A DNA stretch of 51,216 bases from Candidatus Methanophagales archaeon. Its GTDB lineage: Archaea > Halobacteriota > Syntropharchaeia > Alkanophagales > Methanospirareceae. The notes under the pieces were generated by a model. That model was not told the origin of the DNA. It made no database searches and saw only the letters and a list, made by a program, of their open reading frames with translations. Shown here piece by piece: positions 28,169-38,831 of the stretch (position 1 is its first letter; every line of letters begins with the position of its first letter). A program made the translations under genes and the position numbers. The stretch lies in the NCBI GenBank assembly GCA_025435355.1, contig JANJFQ010000003.1, forward strand, positions 1 to 51,216. The letters are read 5' to 3'.

Positions 28169-28501
28169 TTAGAATGCAGAAATTATCGCACTTATTAACC
28201 CCTTTTCCTTCTTCATCGTGCGCATTATTTTCGCAGGTCCTATCACGGTGAGCCGTGCCTTTCTTCTCATATTTAAAAACCCCTTCTTACTTGGATATCC
28301 ACTCATCTCTATTCCCGGGAAATCTTCGTCAACCTCTGTCATCGTGAGCTCTATCAGACTCATCTGCTCCTCTGACGTTAGACCGCCCTCCAACACCATT
28401 ATATTCCCCGACTTCACGCCCTCCAGCACGAATCTTAGCTTCTCCATCGAGCCCATTGAATTTATTCTATCTTCCGATATCAGGTCCATCTTTATTTCCA
28501 T
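28169..28501 (-). CDS. oapB: DUF2073 protein (OapB-like)
   Basis: MEKLR, VLEGGLT.EE...LIE.TM, F.GIE, LTVIGPA. Confidence 0.85.
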   Translation of the reverse strand: MEIKMDLISEDRINSMGSMEKLRFVLEGVKSGNIMVLEGGLTSEEQMSLIELTMTEVDEDFPGIEMSGYPSKKGFLNMRRKARLTVIGPAKIMRTMKKEKGLISAIISAF

Positions 28502-28507
28502 CGTTTC

Positions 28508-29209
28508 TCACCTGAATCTCCTCGTCATTTCCTCATACAACTTCTCCATATTCTCACCTTTCAATGCCGATACAGGTATGACGGAGTGCTGAGGGAATGC
28601 ATTTATTATCCTTTGTGGAGCGGCGTCCGATAAATCCATTTTATTTGCCGCTATAATAACCGGCGTGTCTCTTGCTTCCATATTCCCGATGAGGACGATG
28701 TTAGTTTGCGTATATGGATCCTCGGTAGAATCCATCACGAGCACAACGCCGTCAATATCGTCGAGCCATTTTATTGCCTCTATAACACCCTCAGTCGCCT
28801 CCTTCGCCCTCCTTTTCGCCTCCTCTTCTTCTAAACCATAAGCCATGAACTCGTGAAAATCTATTTTTGTCGCTAATCCCGGGGTGTCAACCACGTCCAG
28901 CTTCAACTTTGCTCTTTCCCTCTTTAGCATTGAGTCCGGATTTGAATGAGGGTTTGGATTTTGCACTGACTTCGACTTCAGGTCTATGATAATCCCGCCC
29001 CTTCTGACTGCTCTTCTCGTCTCATGCGGTACATCCGTGGATACCCCCATATCCTCGTTCTCATCCACAAAAGTATGGATTATTCTATTCGCTAAAGTCG
29101 TTTTCCCCGCATTTGGCGGTCCGTAGAGTCCAATTTTTGCCGTTCTCTTCCTAAAAGCCAACAGCCTTAATAGTCGTGCTAAAATGCCCTTCCTTTTCCT
29201 CGATTTCAT
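28508..29209 (-). CDS. oapA: Era-like GTPase (OapA-like)
   Basis: GPPNAGKTTLAN, PHETR, DTPG, RAKEATEGV, ANKMD. Confidence 0.85.
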   Translation of the reverse strand: MKSRKRKGILARLLRLLAFRKRTAKIGLYGPPNAGKTTLANRIIHTFVDENEDMGVSTDVPHETRRAVRRGGIIIDLKSKSVQNPNPHSNPDSMLKRERAKLKLDVVDTPGLATKIDFHEFMAYGLEEEEAKRRAKEATEGVIEAIKWLDDIDGVVLVMDSTEDPYTQTNIVLIGNMEARDTPVIIAANKMDLSDAAPQRIINAFPQHSVIPVSALKGENMEKLYEEMTRRFR

Positions 29210-29369
29210 CTCTTCTTCTATTATTAGATGCCTAAATTTATTAATACCTTACTCATTCATAATATCAATAGTTAGGTTACATTTAAATATTCCCCTTCCT
29301 TCTCAGAGGCACATAGTGAATGAAGAATAAGAGGCAAGTGAGGGAAGTTCGGAGCGAGAGGATGAAAAA

Positions 29370-29669
29370 TTGGCAGATATAGAAGGAACAGAAGAAGTAA
29401 TACGCGTACGTATCCCCCAAAAAAAGAAGCGGGAAGTGTTATGTATAGTCGAGAAGATGTTAGGTGGGAGAAGAGTAACCGTGCAGTGCATAGATGGGAT
29501 AGAAAGAATGGCCCGAATCCCCGGTAGGTTAAAGAGGAGACAATGGGTACAAGTTGGCGATGTAGTAATAGTAGTTCCCTGGGACTTCCAGGATGAAAAG
29601 GGTGACCTCATATACCGATATAAAAGACCACAAGCGGAATGGCTGAGAAAGAAGGGCTACTTGAAATAG
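29370..29669 (+). CDS. eif1a: Translation initiation factor aIF-1A
   Basis: [15 protein letters not shown]...[13 protein letters not shown]. Confidence 0.95.
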   Translation: MADIEGTEEVIRVRIPQKKKREVLCIVEKMLGGRRVTVQCIDGIERMARIPGRLKRRQWVQVGDVVIVVPWDFQDEKGDLIYRYKRPQAEWLRKKGYLK

Positions 29670-30493
29670 AGAAATGGCTAAAGAGGGAAGAGAAGCAATT
29701 ACCCAAAGGTAAAAGGAGGAAAAAAGACTATCGGGATAGAAAAACGGAGCTATACGTTCTCGACGTTCCCACTTTGGAAACACTATATAAATTCTCAAAA
29801 AGGGGAATAATAAAAGCATTGGGTGGCCCCATAAGTAGAGGTAAGGAAGCCGTTATATTTCATGGGATAGGAGCTGGAGAGGAGGAATTAGCGATAAAGA
29901 TGTATAAAATAAGCACCGCAGACTTCAATGCCATGCTTGACTATATAATTGGCGACCCGCGGTTTGCAAATATAAAGAGGGACCGCAGAAGTATCGTATT
30001 TTCATGGGCTCGTAAAGAGTTTAAGAATCTGAAAAGAGCGTTTGACGTCGGAGTTCGGGTTCCCAGGCCGATTGCATGTGATAAAAACGTGTTGATAATG
30101 GAGTTTATAGGAAAAGGAGGGATAGCCGCACCGAAGTTGAGAGAGATCCCCTTAGAAGTGCTTGAGCTTGATTTTGAACTCGAAGAACTTTTTTGGCGTA
30201 TCCTTTCCCATATGAAAATCATGTATGAGAAGGGGAGGATGGTGCATGCGGACCTTAGTGAGTACAACATATTGATGAAAGGGTATGCAGAGCAAGAAGT
30301 TGCAGGTGTAAATGCGGCTGAAATAGAGATAGAACCGGTAATAATAGATATGGGACAATCGCTACTTTTAGAGCATCCTAATGCTGATGCGTTCCTCAAG
30401 CGTGACGCAAGAAATATCGTTACATTCTTTAACAAACTTGGTTTAGATTTAGACCGTTCAGAAGAAGAAGTAATGAAAATGGTGAAGAGGTAA
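29639..30493 (+). CDS. rio1: RIO1 serine/threonine kinase
   Basis: [33 protein letters not shown]. Confidence 0.95.
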   Translation: MAEKEGLLEIEKWLKREEKQLPKGKRRKKDYRDRKTELYVLDVPTLETLYKFSKRGIIKALGGPISRGKEAVIFHGIGAGEEELAIKMYKISTADFNAMLDYIIGDPRFANIKRDRRSIVFSWARKEFKNLKRAFDVGVRVPRPIACDKNVLIMEFIGKGGIAAPKLREIPLEVLELDFELEELFWRILSHMKIMYEKGRMVHADLSEYNILMKGYAEQEVAGVNAAEIEIEPVIIDMGQSLLLEHPNADAFLKRDARNIVTFFNKLGLDLDRSEEEVMKMVKR

Positions 30494-30495
30494 AA

Positions 30496-31065
30496 ATGGT
30501 AATGCAGTATGTCATGATTCCTCAGGATAGAATAGGCGTGCTAATTGGTCATAATGGAATCGTAAAAGAAGATATAGAAAAAAAATCGTTGACCAGGATA
30601 GACATAGATAGTAATGAGGGTGAGGTGTATATAGAAGGCTTAGAAGGTGGGGACCCCTTAAAGGCGCTCAGAGTTGCAGACGTGGTAAAGGCAATAGGAC
30701 GAGGCTTTTCACCTGAAAACGCTCTTGCACTCCTTGATGACGATTTGCTCCTATTCGACATCATTTCCATCGCTCATCTCACACCAAAGACGCTAAAAAG
30801 AGTGAAAGGGCGTGTAATAGGACGAAATGGAAGAACGAGAAGAGTGATAGAGAACCTATCAGGTGTTAAAATCTCTGTTTATGGGAAGACCATAGGCATA
30901 ATAGGTTATTCGCATCAGATAAGACCTGCACATGACGCAATAGAGATGCTGATAAATGGTGCACCACATAGCGCGGTTTACTCTTTCTTAGAGCGGAAAA
31001 GGAGAGAAGAAGAGGAGAAGAATAGTTACGGATTACGAATGGACAATTACGAATTGCCCTTGTAG
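30496..31065 (+). CDS. KH-domain ribosome biogenesis protein (Dim2/Pno1)
   Basis: RIGVLIG..G, AIGRGFSPE, RVKGRVIG..G.TR, GAPH..VY. Confidence 0.92.
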   Translation: MVMQYVMIPQDRIGVLIGHNGIVKEDIEKKSLTRIDIDSNEGEVYIEGLEGGDPLKALRVADVVKAIGRGFSPENALALLDDDLLLFDIISIAHLTPKTLKRVKGRVIGRNGRTRRVIENLSGVKISVYGKTIGIIGYSHQIRPAHDAIEMLINGAPHSAVYSFLERKRREEEEKNSYGLRMDNYELPL

Positions 31066-31087
31066 CATCATAATCCATAATTGAAAG

Positions 31088-31735
31088 ATGGAAGAGGAAA
31101 GGGAATATGAGGAAGAAAGGAGGAGGATGGTAGATACTCTCAAGAGACAAGGCGTTAGTGAAAGGGTGTTAGAAGCGATGATGCATGTCAAAAGACACCT
31201 TTTCGTCCCGGCCCATCTTAGCGACCAGGCATATTGGGATTATCCGTTGCCTATCGGGGAAGGTCAAACGATAAGCGCACCACACATGGTCGCGATGATG
31301 TGCGGTTATCTGGAGTTGAAGAAGGGGGAGAAAGTGCTTGAAATTGGCGCTGGCTCAGGATACCACGCTGCCGTCATTGCAGAGATAATAGGAGAAAAGG
31401 GGCACGTATATTCCATAGAAAGGATAAAATGGTTAGTGGAATTTTCGCGGGAGAACCTGAAGCGTGCAGGCTATAAACATGTGACGGTGACGCCGGGTGA
31501 TGGAACACTTGGACTGCCTGAACACGCACCATATGACAAAATAAGCGTGACTTGTTCTGCCCCTGATGTGCCGCCACCGTTGCTTGAACAGTTAAAAGTG
31601 AATGGAAAGATGGTTATACCTATCGGGAGATACATGCAAGAGTTATATCTTGTGAATAAGAGAAATGGAATAGAGAGGGAGAGAAAATGCGACGTTCTTT
31701 TCGTGCCTCTGGTGGGAAGATATGGATTCCGGTAA
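31088..31735 (+). CDS. pcm: Protein-L-isoaspartate O-methyltransferase
   Basis: RHLFVP, GQTISAPHMV, LEIG.GSGY.AA, GDG..G....APYD, FVPL. Confidence 0.96.
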   Translation: MEEEREYEEERRRMVDTLKRQGVSERVLEAMMHVKRHLFVPAHLSDQAYWDYPLPIGEGQTISAPHMVAMMCGYLELKKGEKVLEIGAGSGYHAAVIAEIIGEKGHVYSIERIKWLVEFSRENLKRAGYKHVTVTPGDGTLGLPEHAPYDKISVTCSAPDVPPPLLEQLKVNGKMVIPIGRYMQELYLVNKRNGIERERKCDVLFVPLVGRYGFR

Positions 31736-31755
31736 ATGTTAAAGGAGACAAAACA

Positions 31756-32280
31756 ATGAACAATGATATTTATTTGAATTTGGGATTTTCAAGAGATATG
31801 CGCGAACAGATGCTGTCACCGGCAAGCGGGAAGATACTAAGGATACAGAATTTAGGAAAGTTTGATCAAAATGCTTCGCAAGTAGAGGGTGACAGCAGAA
31901 CTATTTCCATATTCATGCATCTTCATAATGTGCACATCACCGCCGCGCCATTAGACGGCGTAGTGAAAAAAATCACGCCGGAAAAAGGATTCTTTAAGCC
32001 CGCTTTTCTCCGCAGCTGCGATTTCAACACGAAAAATACAATAGAACTAAGCACAGAATATGGGGATATAAAAATAGTGCAAATAGCGGGATTTTTTACG
32101 AGGAAAATAAAGTGCGAGGTGAAAGAAGGGCAGAAAGTAAGGAAAGGAGAAAGAATAGGTAAGATTTGTTTCGGCTCTCGCGTGGACGTGAGCATTCCCG
32201 AAGGGTTCGAGATACTGGTGAAAAAGAGGGATAAAGTGAAGTGCCGGAAAACAACGATAGCGGGAAACAATGCAAAATAA
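31756..32280 (+). CDS. psd: Phosphatidylserine (archaetidylserine) decarboxylase proenzyme; short, no N-terminal membrane anchor visible
   Basis: SPA.G, ISIFM...NVH, QIAG...R.I, G.I.FGSRVD self-cleavage motif; GGAG RBS before ATG 31756. Confidence 0.85.
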   Translation: MNNDIYLNLGFSRDMREQMLSPASGKILRIQNLGKFDQNASQVEGDSRTISIFMHLHNVHITAAPLDGVVKKITPEKGFFKPAFLRSCDFNTKNTIELSTEYGDIKIVQIAGFFTRKIKCEVKEGQKVRKGERIGKICFGSRVDVSIPEGFEILVKKRDKVKCRKTTIAGNNAK

Positions 32281-32307
32281 AATCATTTTGCACTTTGTAT
32301 GTATTGT

Positions 32308-33429
32308 CTATTGCGTCACCGAGTGCTGCCACCATTCCATAATATACTCAGGTAGCTTGAACCCTCGTTGATGAAGTCTTGCCACCAAATGCAGAGGAAG
32401 AGGACTGAGTACAAACGTCGCACGCTCATAGAAAGTCGTAGGTGAGGCGTCTATTATGAAACTCCCAGGCTCCCTCGATAAGGTGGATTCATTAGCAACG
32501 ATGGAATAGACAGAGCCTCCAAATTCCCTCTGCTCCCGGCACCATCTTAGAAGGGGTTCCGTCTCTCCAGACCATGAAATTAAAAACAAAATATCCCCAG
32601 CTCGTGGTCTTGGTGCAAATGGTCCAGATAAATAAACTTCATCGCCAATGGCTCTTTTAACATGCTGCAATCTTATTGCAGTCATCTTCGCAACGTTTCT
32701 CGCAGTACCCAGCCCACCCATTGTTATGCGGCACCGCGTCTCGAGCTTGTCAATGATATGCTCGTAATTATCTGACCTGACGAATTTACGCACAATTGTT
32801 CCTATAATCTTTGATTCCTCATCTATTTTCTCAAACACACTCATATAATCATTCTCCTCATTTATGGCTTCCTTTGTTTTCTGAAATAGTAGCAAAGAAC
32901 CTAATTCATAAACATCGTTCATTATGCCATGTTTGAGAAATGCATTAAAGCTACTAGATTTTTTCTCCCTCCCTTTCAGTTCGACCACGTTACCATATTC
33001 TTTCTCTCTTATCTTTCCTATCGAGGAATTCCGAGTTGAGACAACAGCGTCAATAGTAAATTTATCGCTTTTTTCTCGCTCGATATAATCCACGAGTTGT
33101 TTAACCACAATTTTAGGCGTTGCGGTCTCACCACTTCCGGAATTAACAAGCAGTGCTATTCTATCATGCTTTTTCTCCAATACCGGTGCTGCCTCCACGA
33201 TGTCTCTGCCGGGGAAATCTATGTCCACCATTGTTCTCACCGCTTTGTCCATTTGCCCCATTCCTATGTACAATGCGCTTTGCGACCTCCCTTCACCCAC
33301 GAGAATGATACAATCTGCGGCGTTGAGGTCATCGTAAAAAGGCTCAAAATCGCCCTTATTAACATTACGAACGTTCCTCATTACTCCGTTGAGATATCCA
33401 ACCCCTTTTCTGGTTTTACTTAGCGCCAT
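32308..33429 (-). CDS. Tandem SIS-domain protein (3-hexulose-6-phosphate isomerase-like)
   Basis: GEGRS and SGSGET in the first half; RL.H, GD....ISWSGET in the second half. Confidence 0.7.
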   Translation of the reverse strand: MALSKTRKGVGYLNGVMRNVRNVNKGDFEPFYDDLNAADCIILVGEGRSQSALYIGMGQMDKAVRTMVDIDFPGRDIVEAAPVLEKKHDRIALLVNSGSGETATPKIVVKQLVDYIEREKSDKFTIDAVVSTRNSSIGKIREKEYGNVVELKGREKKSSSFNAFLKHGIMNDVYELGSLLLFQKTKEAINEENDYMSVFEKIDEESKIIGTIVRKFVRSDNYEHIIDKLETRCRITMGGLGTARNVAKMTAIRLQHVKRAIGDEVYLSGPFAPRPRAGDILFLISWSGETEPLLRWCREQREFGGSVYSIVANESTLSREPGSFIIDASPTTFYERATFVLSPLPLHLVARLHQRGFKLPEYIMEWWQHSVTQ

Positions 33430-33605
33430 AAGCTATAAGAAGAAAGACGTTTACCAACAACCGTTCTTTGGAACGGAAAGCGTGACCAAAGAAAACTGCC
33501 TCTTCTCATTCTTCACCCCCTCTTCATGTCACACATTATCCTTGTCAAGTATGGATTTACCTTTGGCTTTAAGCGTTTCGATTTTTTTCTACACGGAAAA
33601 ATGTT

Positions 33606-35081
33606 TCAATATGCTCTTGCAATGTATACTCTTTTCGCCTTTCGCGAACAAATCATGCATTTACCTTCACTTTTTTCTTTTTCTTCATTCTCACCTCCAG
33701 CCCCATATATCACCTCGCCTAACACATTTACCCCAAGGCGCTCCTCTACTTCCCGCCCACACCTTTCGCTCTCGCACAAGAATATAGAAACGATGCCCCT
33801 TCTTCTCAGTTCTTCCATCTCCCCTTCGCTCTTATCTTTACCTACACCGCTGTCCCCGCTTTTATAGATGTTAGCGAAAAAAGTTTCTTTTGCTCGCTCA
33901 TGAACACAATCCTGGATTGCTTTTAGCGTCTCTTTCACTTCAGGCACCACATCGCCAAGAGGAACTTGCATCCTTGTGAAGTCATTCCGCTTTATGAATT
34001 CACATCTGTTGTTTCTTACATCTCTTGGACCTACCTCTATCCTCAAAGGCACTCCTTTCATCTCCCATTTGTAATACTTCGCCCCTGGTCTTTCATCGGA
34101 GTTATCGAAAAATACTCTTACGCCTGCTCTTTTCAATTCCTCATACACCGCAAAGCAAACTTTTTCCACTTCCGCACCCTCGCTTGAATACACGATAGGC
34201 ACGATAACCACCTGTATGGGTGCGACTTCTGGAGGTAGCACCAGACCATGCTCCTCACCATGAACCGAAATCACTGCGGCAACGCACCTTTCCGAAATGC
34301 CATAGCACGTCTGATTTACATACTTCGGCGAGCCATCTTTATCCTCATATTTTATGTCAAAAGTTCTTGCAAAGCTCTCGCCAAGCAAATGGATAGTAGC
34401 AATCTGCATTGTCTTACCATCTGGCATGAGCGTATCAAAGGCGATAGAATACTCTGCACCCGGGAATTTATCCCATTCCGGTCTTCTCGTGATTACATAA
34501 GGAATGGCAAGCAGGTCGAAGAAATTCTTGTATAAAGCCACAGCCTTTTTTATTTGCTCCACGGCATCCATCTGGCTCGCGTGTGCAGTATGTGCCTCCT
34601 TAAAGGAGGTTATCTCACGCAGCCGAATGAGCGGTCTTGTATGCTTTGTTTCGTATCTGAAGGTGTTCACGATCTGGTATATCCGGAGCGGCAAGTCGCG
34701 ATGCGACCTTATCCACACCTTAAACACAGGGTATATCGCGGTCTCTGAGGTGGGACGAAGTGCAAGAGGGACGTCCAACTCGGTGCTTCCTCCTTTTGTA
34801 ACCCAGAAGACCTCCTCTTCAAACCCCTTTATGTGCTCCTTCTCTTTCATCAACTCATCTTTTGGTATCAACAGAGGAAACTGTGCCTCTTCATGTTCCT
34901 TATCCATCAGGGACCTCAAAATCGTGTAAATAAGATTCCTCAGTTTATAGCCGTAAGGATACCATACATATACGCCCTTCACTGGATACCTCACGTCCAA
35001 TATCTCCGCGCGCTTCAGTATCTCGTTATACCATTCACTGAAGTTATTTCCCTTTTGCAATATGGTTTCTTCTTTTTTCAT
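33606..35081 (-). CDS. proS: Prolyl-tRNA synthetase (archaeal type)
   Basis: FSEWY, LRPTSET, FRYETK.TRPLIR.RE, KFPGA, CYGISER, WE.KGVPLR. Confidence 0.98.
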   Translation of the reverse strand: MKKEETILQKGNNFSEWYNEILKRAEILDVRYPVKGVYVWYPYGYKLRNLIYTILRSLMDKEHEEAQFPLLIPKDELMKEKEHIKGFEEEVFWVTKGGSTELDVPLALRPTSETAIYPVFKVWIRSHRDLPLRIYQIVNTFRYETKHTRPLIRLREITSFKEAHTAHASQMDAVEQIKKAVALYKNFFDLLAIPYVITRRPEWDKFPGAEYSIAFDTLMPDGKTMQIATIHLLGESFARTFDIKYEDKDGSPKYVNQTCYGISERCVAAVISVHGEEHGLVLPPEVAPIQVVIVPIVYSSEGAEVEKVCFAVYEELKRAGVRVFFDNSDERPGAKYYKWEMKGVPLRIEVGPRDVRNNRCEFIKRNDFTRMQVPLGDVVPEVKETLKAIQDCVHERAKETFFANIYKSGDSGVGKDKSEGEMEELRRRGIVSIFLCESERCGREVEERLGVNVLGEVIYGAGGENEEKEKSEGKCMICSRKAKRVYIARAY

Positions 35082-35198
35082 CCTATATTGTCTTTATTTA
35101 TTTATCATAGCTATACAGATACAAAAAAGGTATTAGGTTTACCGCCGAGATCGCTGAGAACGCTGAGATGACGGAAAAAGAAGAAGAGGGAGAAAATT

Positions 35199-35878
35199 AT
35201 GGAATACCATAGGGAAAGTGGTGATTATCTTCTCTTTGTTGGGCGTTGGTATCTTATACGGAATATCATTAACATCTTTTGTAGAGTCTCCTTACGTGCC
35301 TTTGGAAGCGGTTGCAGTTGGAACTCATGAAGGCGCGTTCATACGTACAAAAGGTGTTATCACCGATTTCCGCGTCACAGAATACGGAGATGTGCTCACG
35401 TTAGGAGGAAACAAAACAAAGCTGCTGATATTTGTTGACTCGACGGATGAGCGTAAGGAGCTATTAAACCTGAGTTATGGCGATGAAATAGAGGTTCAAG
35501 GCAGAGTGAAGTTATATAAGAGCAGGTATGAACTCGTAGCCTCTGAAAACGGAATAAAAAAGTTGAGTTATGAAAATGAAAATACTTCTTTCGTCCCGCA
35601 GATAGCACTTGCGCCCGGAGGAGTATGAAGGAAGAAGGATAAGCATCGTGGGTTACGCAGGGGACGTTTACAAGCACGTTTTTTATCTGTGCGATGAGAA
35701 AGGCAAATATTGGTTGCGGGTGCAGATGGATGCCGAGGCAGGGGCAAATGTTGATGATGGTTCTATCCCTATCTCAAAGTTGCAAAAAGGAGATAAAATA
35801 ATTGCTGAGGGCGTATTTGTATATAACCCGGAGAATATGAGGTATGAGTTGAACCTGATTTCTTTGAGAGGGTGTTAG
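35199..35878 (+). pseudogene. Membrane-anchored tandem OB-fold protein, frameshifted (pseudogene or sequence error)
   Basis: N-terminal TM, then OB (GD.IEVQG.V..Y...YEL) in 35218-35628 continuing as PEEYEGR.I...GDKI.AEG in 35609-35878; ATG 35199 is also out of frame. Confidence 0.65.
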
Positions 35879-36058
35879 CAGTAGAGATGTAAAGTGTGTT
35901 TTGAGCACATGTTTTTTCTATATGACTCTGACAGGTGTTATTTCTGCTTAATCTTATTTATAATGCCTTTGATGAATCATTATGCGAAACTCTTTGCAGT
36001 TGCAGGCTTCGTACTTAAGTACGGGGTATATGTGACTTTAAAAGGTGGTGAATTAAAG

Positions 36059-37897
36059 ATGAAAAAAAGCAAGAAGGTTTTGGAGTTTGTCGCAGTTTTA
36101 GCGATAGCGATGATTACGAGTGGATTTGCTGCAATGGTTTCTGCTGATAATACATTTGAAAGCGATGTAAACTCTTCATCAGCCATAATTCAGGATAATA
36201 ATCATCCGTTTATGCAAGAGAATGGCTGGCTAAATCAAGTTTCTCTGAAAGATGATGCATATCATTATAAATATTCATTAGATGGAATAAACGATCATCT
36301 GTACACTGAGTGGTGGTATTTCAATGTATACAACATGGACAGGCAGTTCATGGTATCTTATTTACTTCTCGATCCCGGGAATCTGACCGGTATAGGAGTT
36401 GCAGAAGTGCTTGCAATTGTATATGATGGCATGCCATTGATCGGATTTACATCAACATCGGTGTCTGATTTCACAGCAGATTATGAGAAGCCAAATGTGA
36501 CGATTGGCTCAAATTCACTGCTTGCACTGAATGATACAACATTTGTGATCAATGGCAGTTGCTATGATATTTATTCACATATTCCGATCCAGTGGAACCT
36601 CACATATACCATGGACGTGGGATCATGGTTTGGAGCATCTGCACCCATGCATGTTGGACACATACCAGATGACTGGATGCAGTGGCTGAGTTATATGACC
36701 GGCGCAAACGTGCAGGGCACCATTACCATTGGCGGAATGACCTATGATATGTCAGGTAGAGGGTATCATGATCATAACTGGGGTGAATGGCTCTCTTATG
36801 ACCCGCAGTGGAACTGGGCGCAGGTTAGTGTGCCAGAAGAAAATGCCAGCCTGATCCTCGGCGATGTGATTGCACCGCCAGTGCGCAACACCGTGATGGC
36901 GTTCAAATACAATGGAACAACGATAACATTCAATGATATCGATCTGACATACACAGGCTATGGATTTGATTCGGTCACATCGAAATTATATCCCGATGAA
37001 TACCACGTGACAGGGAACAGTGATGAATACAGCATAAATGTCACGATTAGCGTGATCAAGAACGTTCCTCTAGTAAGGCCATTCCCGGGAGCACTGCCAG
37101 ATTATGTGCTATTCGAACAGGTTTCGGATTACAATATAACGTTGTTTAAGGATGAAGAAAGGGTTTATAGCCTCAATCAGAGCGGTTTCTCAGAGTATAC
37201 AACGCACAAGGTACATACAATATATGGCAGGGTACTGAATGCAGAGGGTGCATCGGTCACCGTTACCGATGCGAGAACGAGCATGTCAAAACAGAGCACA
37301 GTGGCATCTGGATATTATAGCGTGGATGGTGATTTTCTGGATTATTTGATCGATGATACCACACCGTGGGTGGCTGATGGCGATATTCTGCTCATAGAGG
37401 CGGTTAAAAATCAAAATAGAGGTAACACTACCCTGATTGTGAATATGAGCATGGATAAGCAACAGGCTGCCGATATAACCCTCCAGCCAATGCCCGCCAG
37501 AGTATTCGACACAGGTGCTGGCACTTATCCCAGCATAATGGGAACACACCATGGCACAATCAAACCCTACCACGATGTCAACATCAGTCTGATGTTCACC
37601 TATCCATGCACCGGAACAGGTGGGCATACTGAATATGCTGAAATCCGGAATGCAACCTGGAACGCAACTGCAACTTGGAGAGGATATATAGGCGATTGGC
37701 ATAATATCTCTTTCGATAAGACAGTTGTTCTATTAGCGAACGAAACATACAACTACACCATCCGCACAAGCTCTTATCCGCAAATAATACATAAAAAGGA
37801 ATTTAATGCAACAGGAGGAAGGATAACTTGCTCAGAGTTCATAGATGCAAATGGAAAGAGATATGATAATTGGATCCCTGCGATTAGATTGGAGTAA
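36059..37897 (+). CDS. Secreted CrtC/AttH-like (tocopherol cyclase/lipocalin fold) protein with about 125-aa C-terminal domain
   Basis: Signal peptide MKKSKK...VSA, EWWYF, GYHDHNWG, W.W; C-terminal FDTG.GTYPSI.GTH.G...NWIPAIRLE. Confidence 0.7.
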   Translation: MKKSKKVLEFVAVLAIAMITSGFAAMVSADNTFESDVNSSSAIIQDNNHPFMQENGWLNQVSLKDDAYHYKYSLDGINDHLYTEWWYFNVYNMDRQFMVSYLLLDPGNLTGIGVAEVLAIVYDGMPLIGFTSTSVSDFTADYEKPNVTIGSNSLLALNDTTFVINGSCYDIYSHIPIQWNLTYTMDVGSWFGASAPMHVGHIPDDWMQWLSYMTGANVQGTITIGGMTYDMSGRGYHDHNWGEWLSYDPQWNWAQVSVPEENASLILGDVIAPPVRNTVMAFKYNGTTITFNDIDLTYTGYGFDSVTSKLYPDEYHVTGNSDEYSINVTISVIKNVPLVRPFPGALPDYVLFEQVSDYNITLFKDEERVYSLNQSGFSEYTTHKVHTIYGRVLNAEGASVTVTDARTSMSKQSTVASGYYSVDGDFLDYLIDDTTPWVADGDILLIEAVKNQNRGNTTLIVNMSMDKQQAADITLQPMPARVFDTGAGTYPSIMGTHHGTIKPYHDVNISLMFTYPCTGTGGHTEYAEIRNATWNATATWRGYIGDWHNISFDKTVVLLANETYNYTIRTSSYPQIIHKKEFNATGGRITCSEFIDANGKRYDNWIPAIRLE

Positions 37898-37911
37898 ACA
37901 GGAGGACAACT

Positions 37912-38025
37912 ATGAACACTGAAATCTATCGCTTCAAGGTAGGGACTTTCGAATGCATGGCCGTCTGCGATGGCACCTTCGCGTATCCTGACCCTGCTAC
38001 AAAGGTATTTCGCTTATTCCGGTAA
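37912..38025 (+). pseudogene. N-terminal fragment of an MBL-fold metallohydrolase
   Basis: GGAGG RBS, MNTEIYRFKVGTFECMAVCDG then premature stop. Confidence 0.55.
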
Positions 38026-38212
38026 AAAGACACATACAAGCCCATTTCACCATTAAATCTTACCTCAGGTTCTAATTTTTTGTTCTAACTAGCTACTGCG
38101 ATTTTTTATTATGAGACTGCCTCTTAAGTACGGGGTATGTGACGGTAAGCGGGATATTCCAAGCTTCGACCGGAACACTTGTTGCAGACAGATGAAAAGG
38201 GAGGAAAGGAAA

Positions 38213-38440
38213 ATGGAAGGTTTTAAAAAGTTTTTGGTGAAAGACCGAGGTTATTCAGAAGAGGAGGCTGATAAGCTTTTAGCGACGTTAAAAAAGGATG
38301 AACGAATAAAGCAAAAAAGTAAGCGTGAGATGATAGCGCATGGATTAAGGCAAATTCAGGACAGTATAAGAGAGGTCATTCTACTGTGGAATGACTTAGA
38401 AGAAGAAATGGAAAAAGAGGGAAACCAAAAGCAAAGATAG
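38213..38440 (+). CDS. Small hypothetical helical protein
   Basis: RBS-preceded ATG, purine-rich coding bias. Confidence 0.55.
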   Translation: MEGFKKFLVKDRGYSEEEADKLLATLKKDERIKQKSKREMIAHGLRQIQDSIREVILLWNDLEEEMEKEGNQKQR

Positions 38441-38465
38441 CCACTCTTTCTAACACATTTTAGCG

Positions 38466-38831
38466 ATGAAAAAGTGGAATATGATGGAAGATTTTGGTTA
38501 CTACCCAAGCAGGATATTTGTATTTACTACCCTATACTTCAATCTCAACATGCTTGACCTAATCATCACAAAAATAGCACTTGAAAACTGCGACTACGTA
38601 TATGAACTAAATCCCCTTTATTATCACCCCCTCTTCGTGGTTTTTAAGATATTCGCACCAGTTCTCCTGCTCTCTCTTTATTTCTTCTTATACTTCGTTA
38701 CCAAATTTGAGCGAGATAGAAGAATAATGGGAAAATGGGGATTGGGTTGCGTAATGGCGTTGATAATCTTATGCGTGTTTGTTTGTATCAATAACTTATA
38801 TCATATTTGTATAACCGGGTGCATTACCTGA
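38466..38831 (+). CDS. Small membrane protein (DUF5658-like)
   Basis: LN.LD..IT, ELNP, K, N pattern with 3-4 TM. Confidence 0.65.
   Translation: MKKWNMMEDFGYYPSRIFVFTTLYFNLNMLDLIITKIALENCDYVYELNPLYYHPLFVVFKIFAPVLLLSLYFFLYFVTKFERDRRIMGKWGLGCVMALIILCVFVCINNLYHICITGCIT

Noticed and set aside
29210-29369. Replication origin next to oapABC-like genes
   Set aside because: Only about 160 bp, no recognisable ORB G-string repeats and no cdc6/orc1 adjacent; AT-richness is explained by divergent promoters.
35600-35630. Programmed frameshift in the OB-fold gene
   Set aside because: No slippery heptamer, and a second frameshift near the start points to decay or sequence error.
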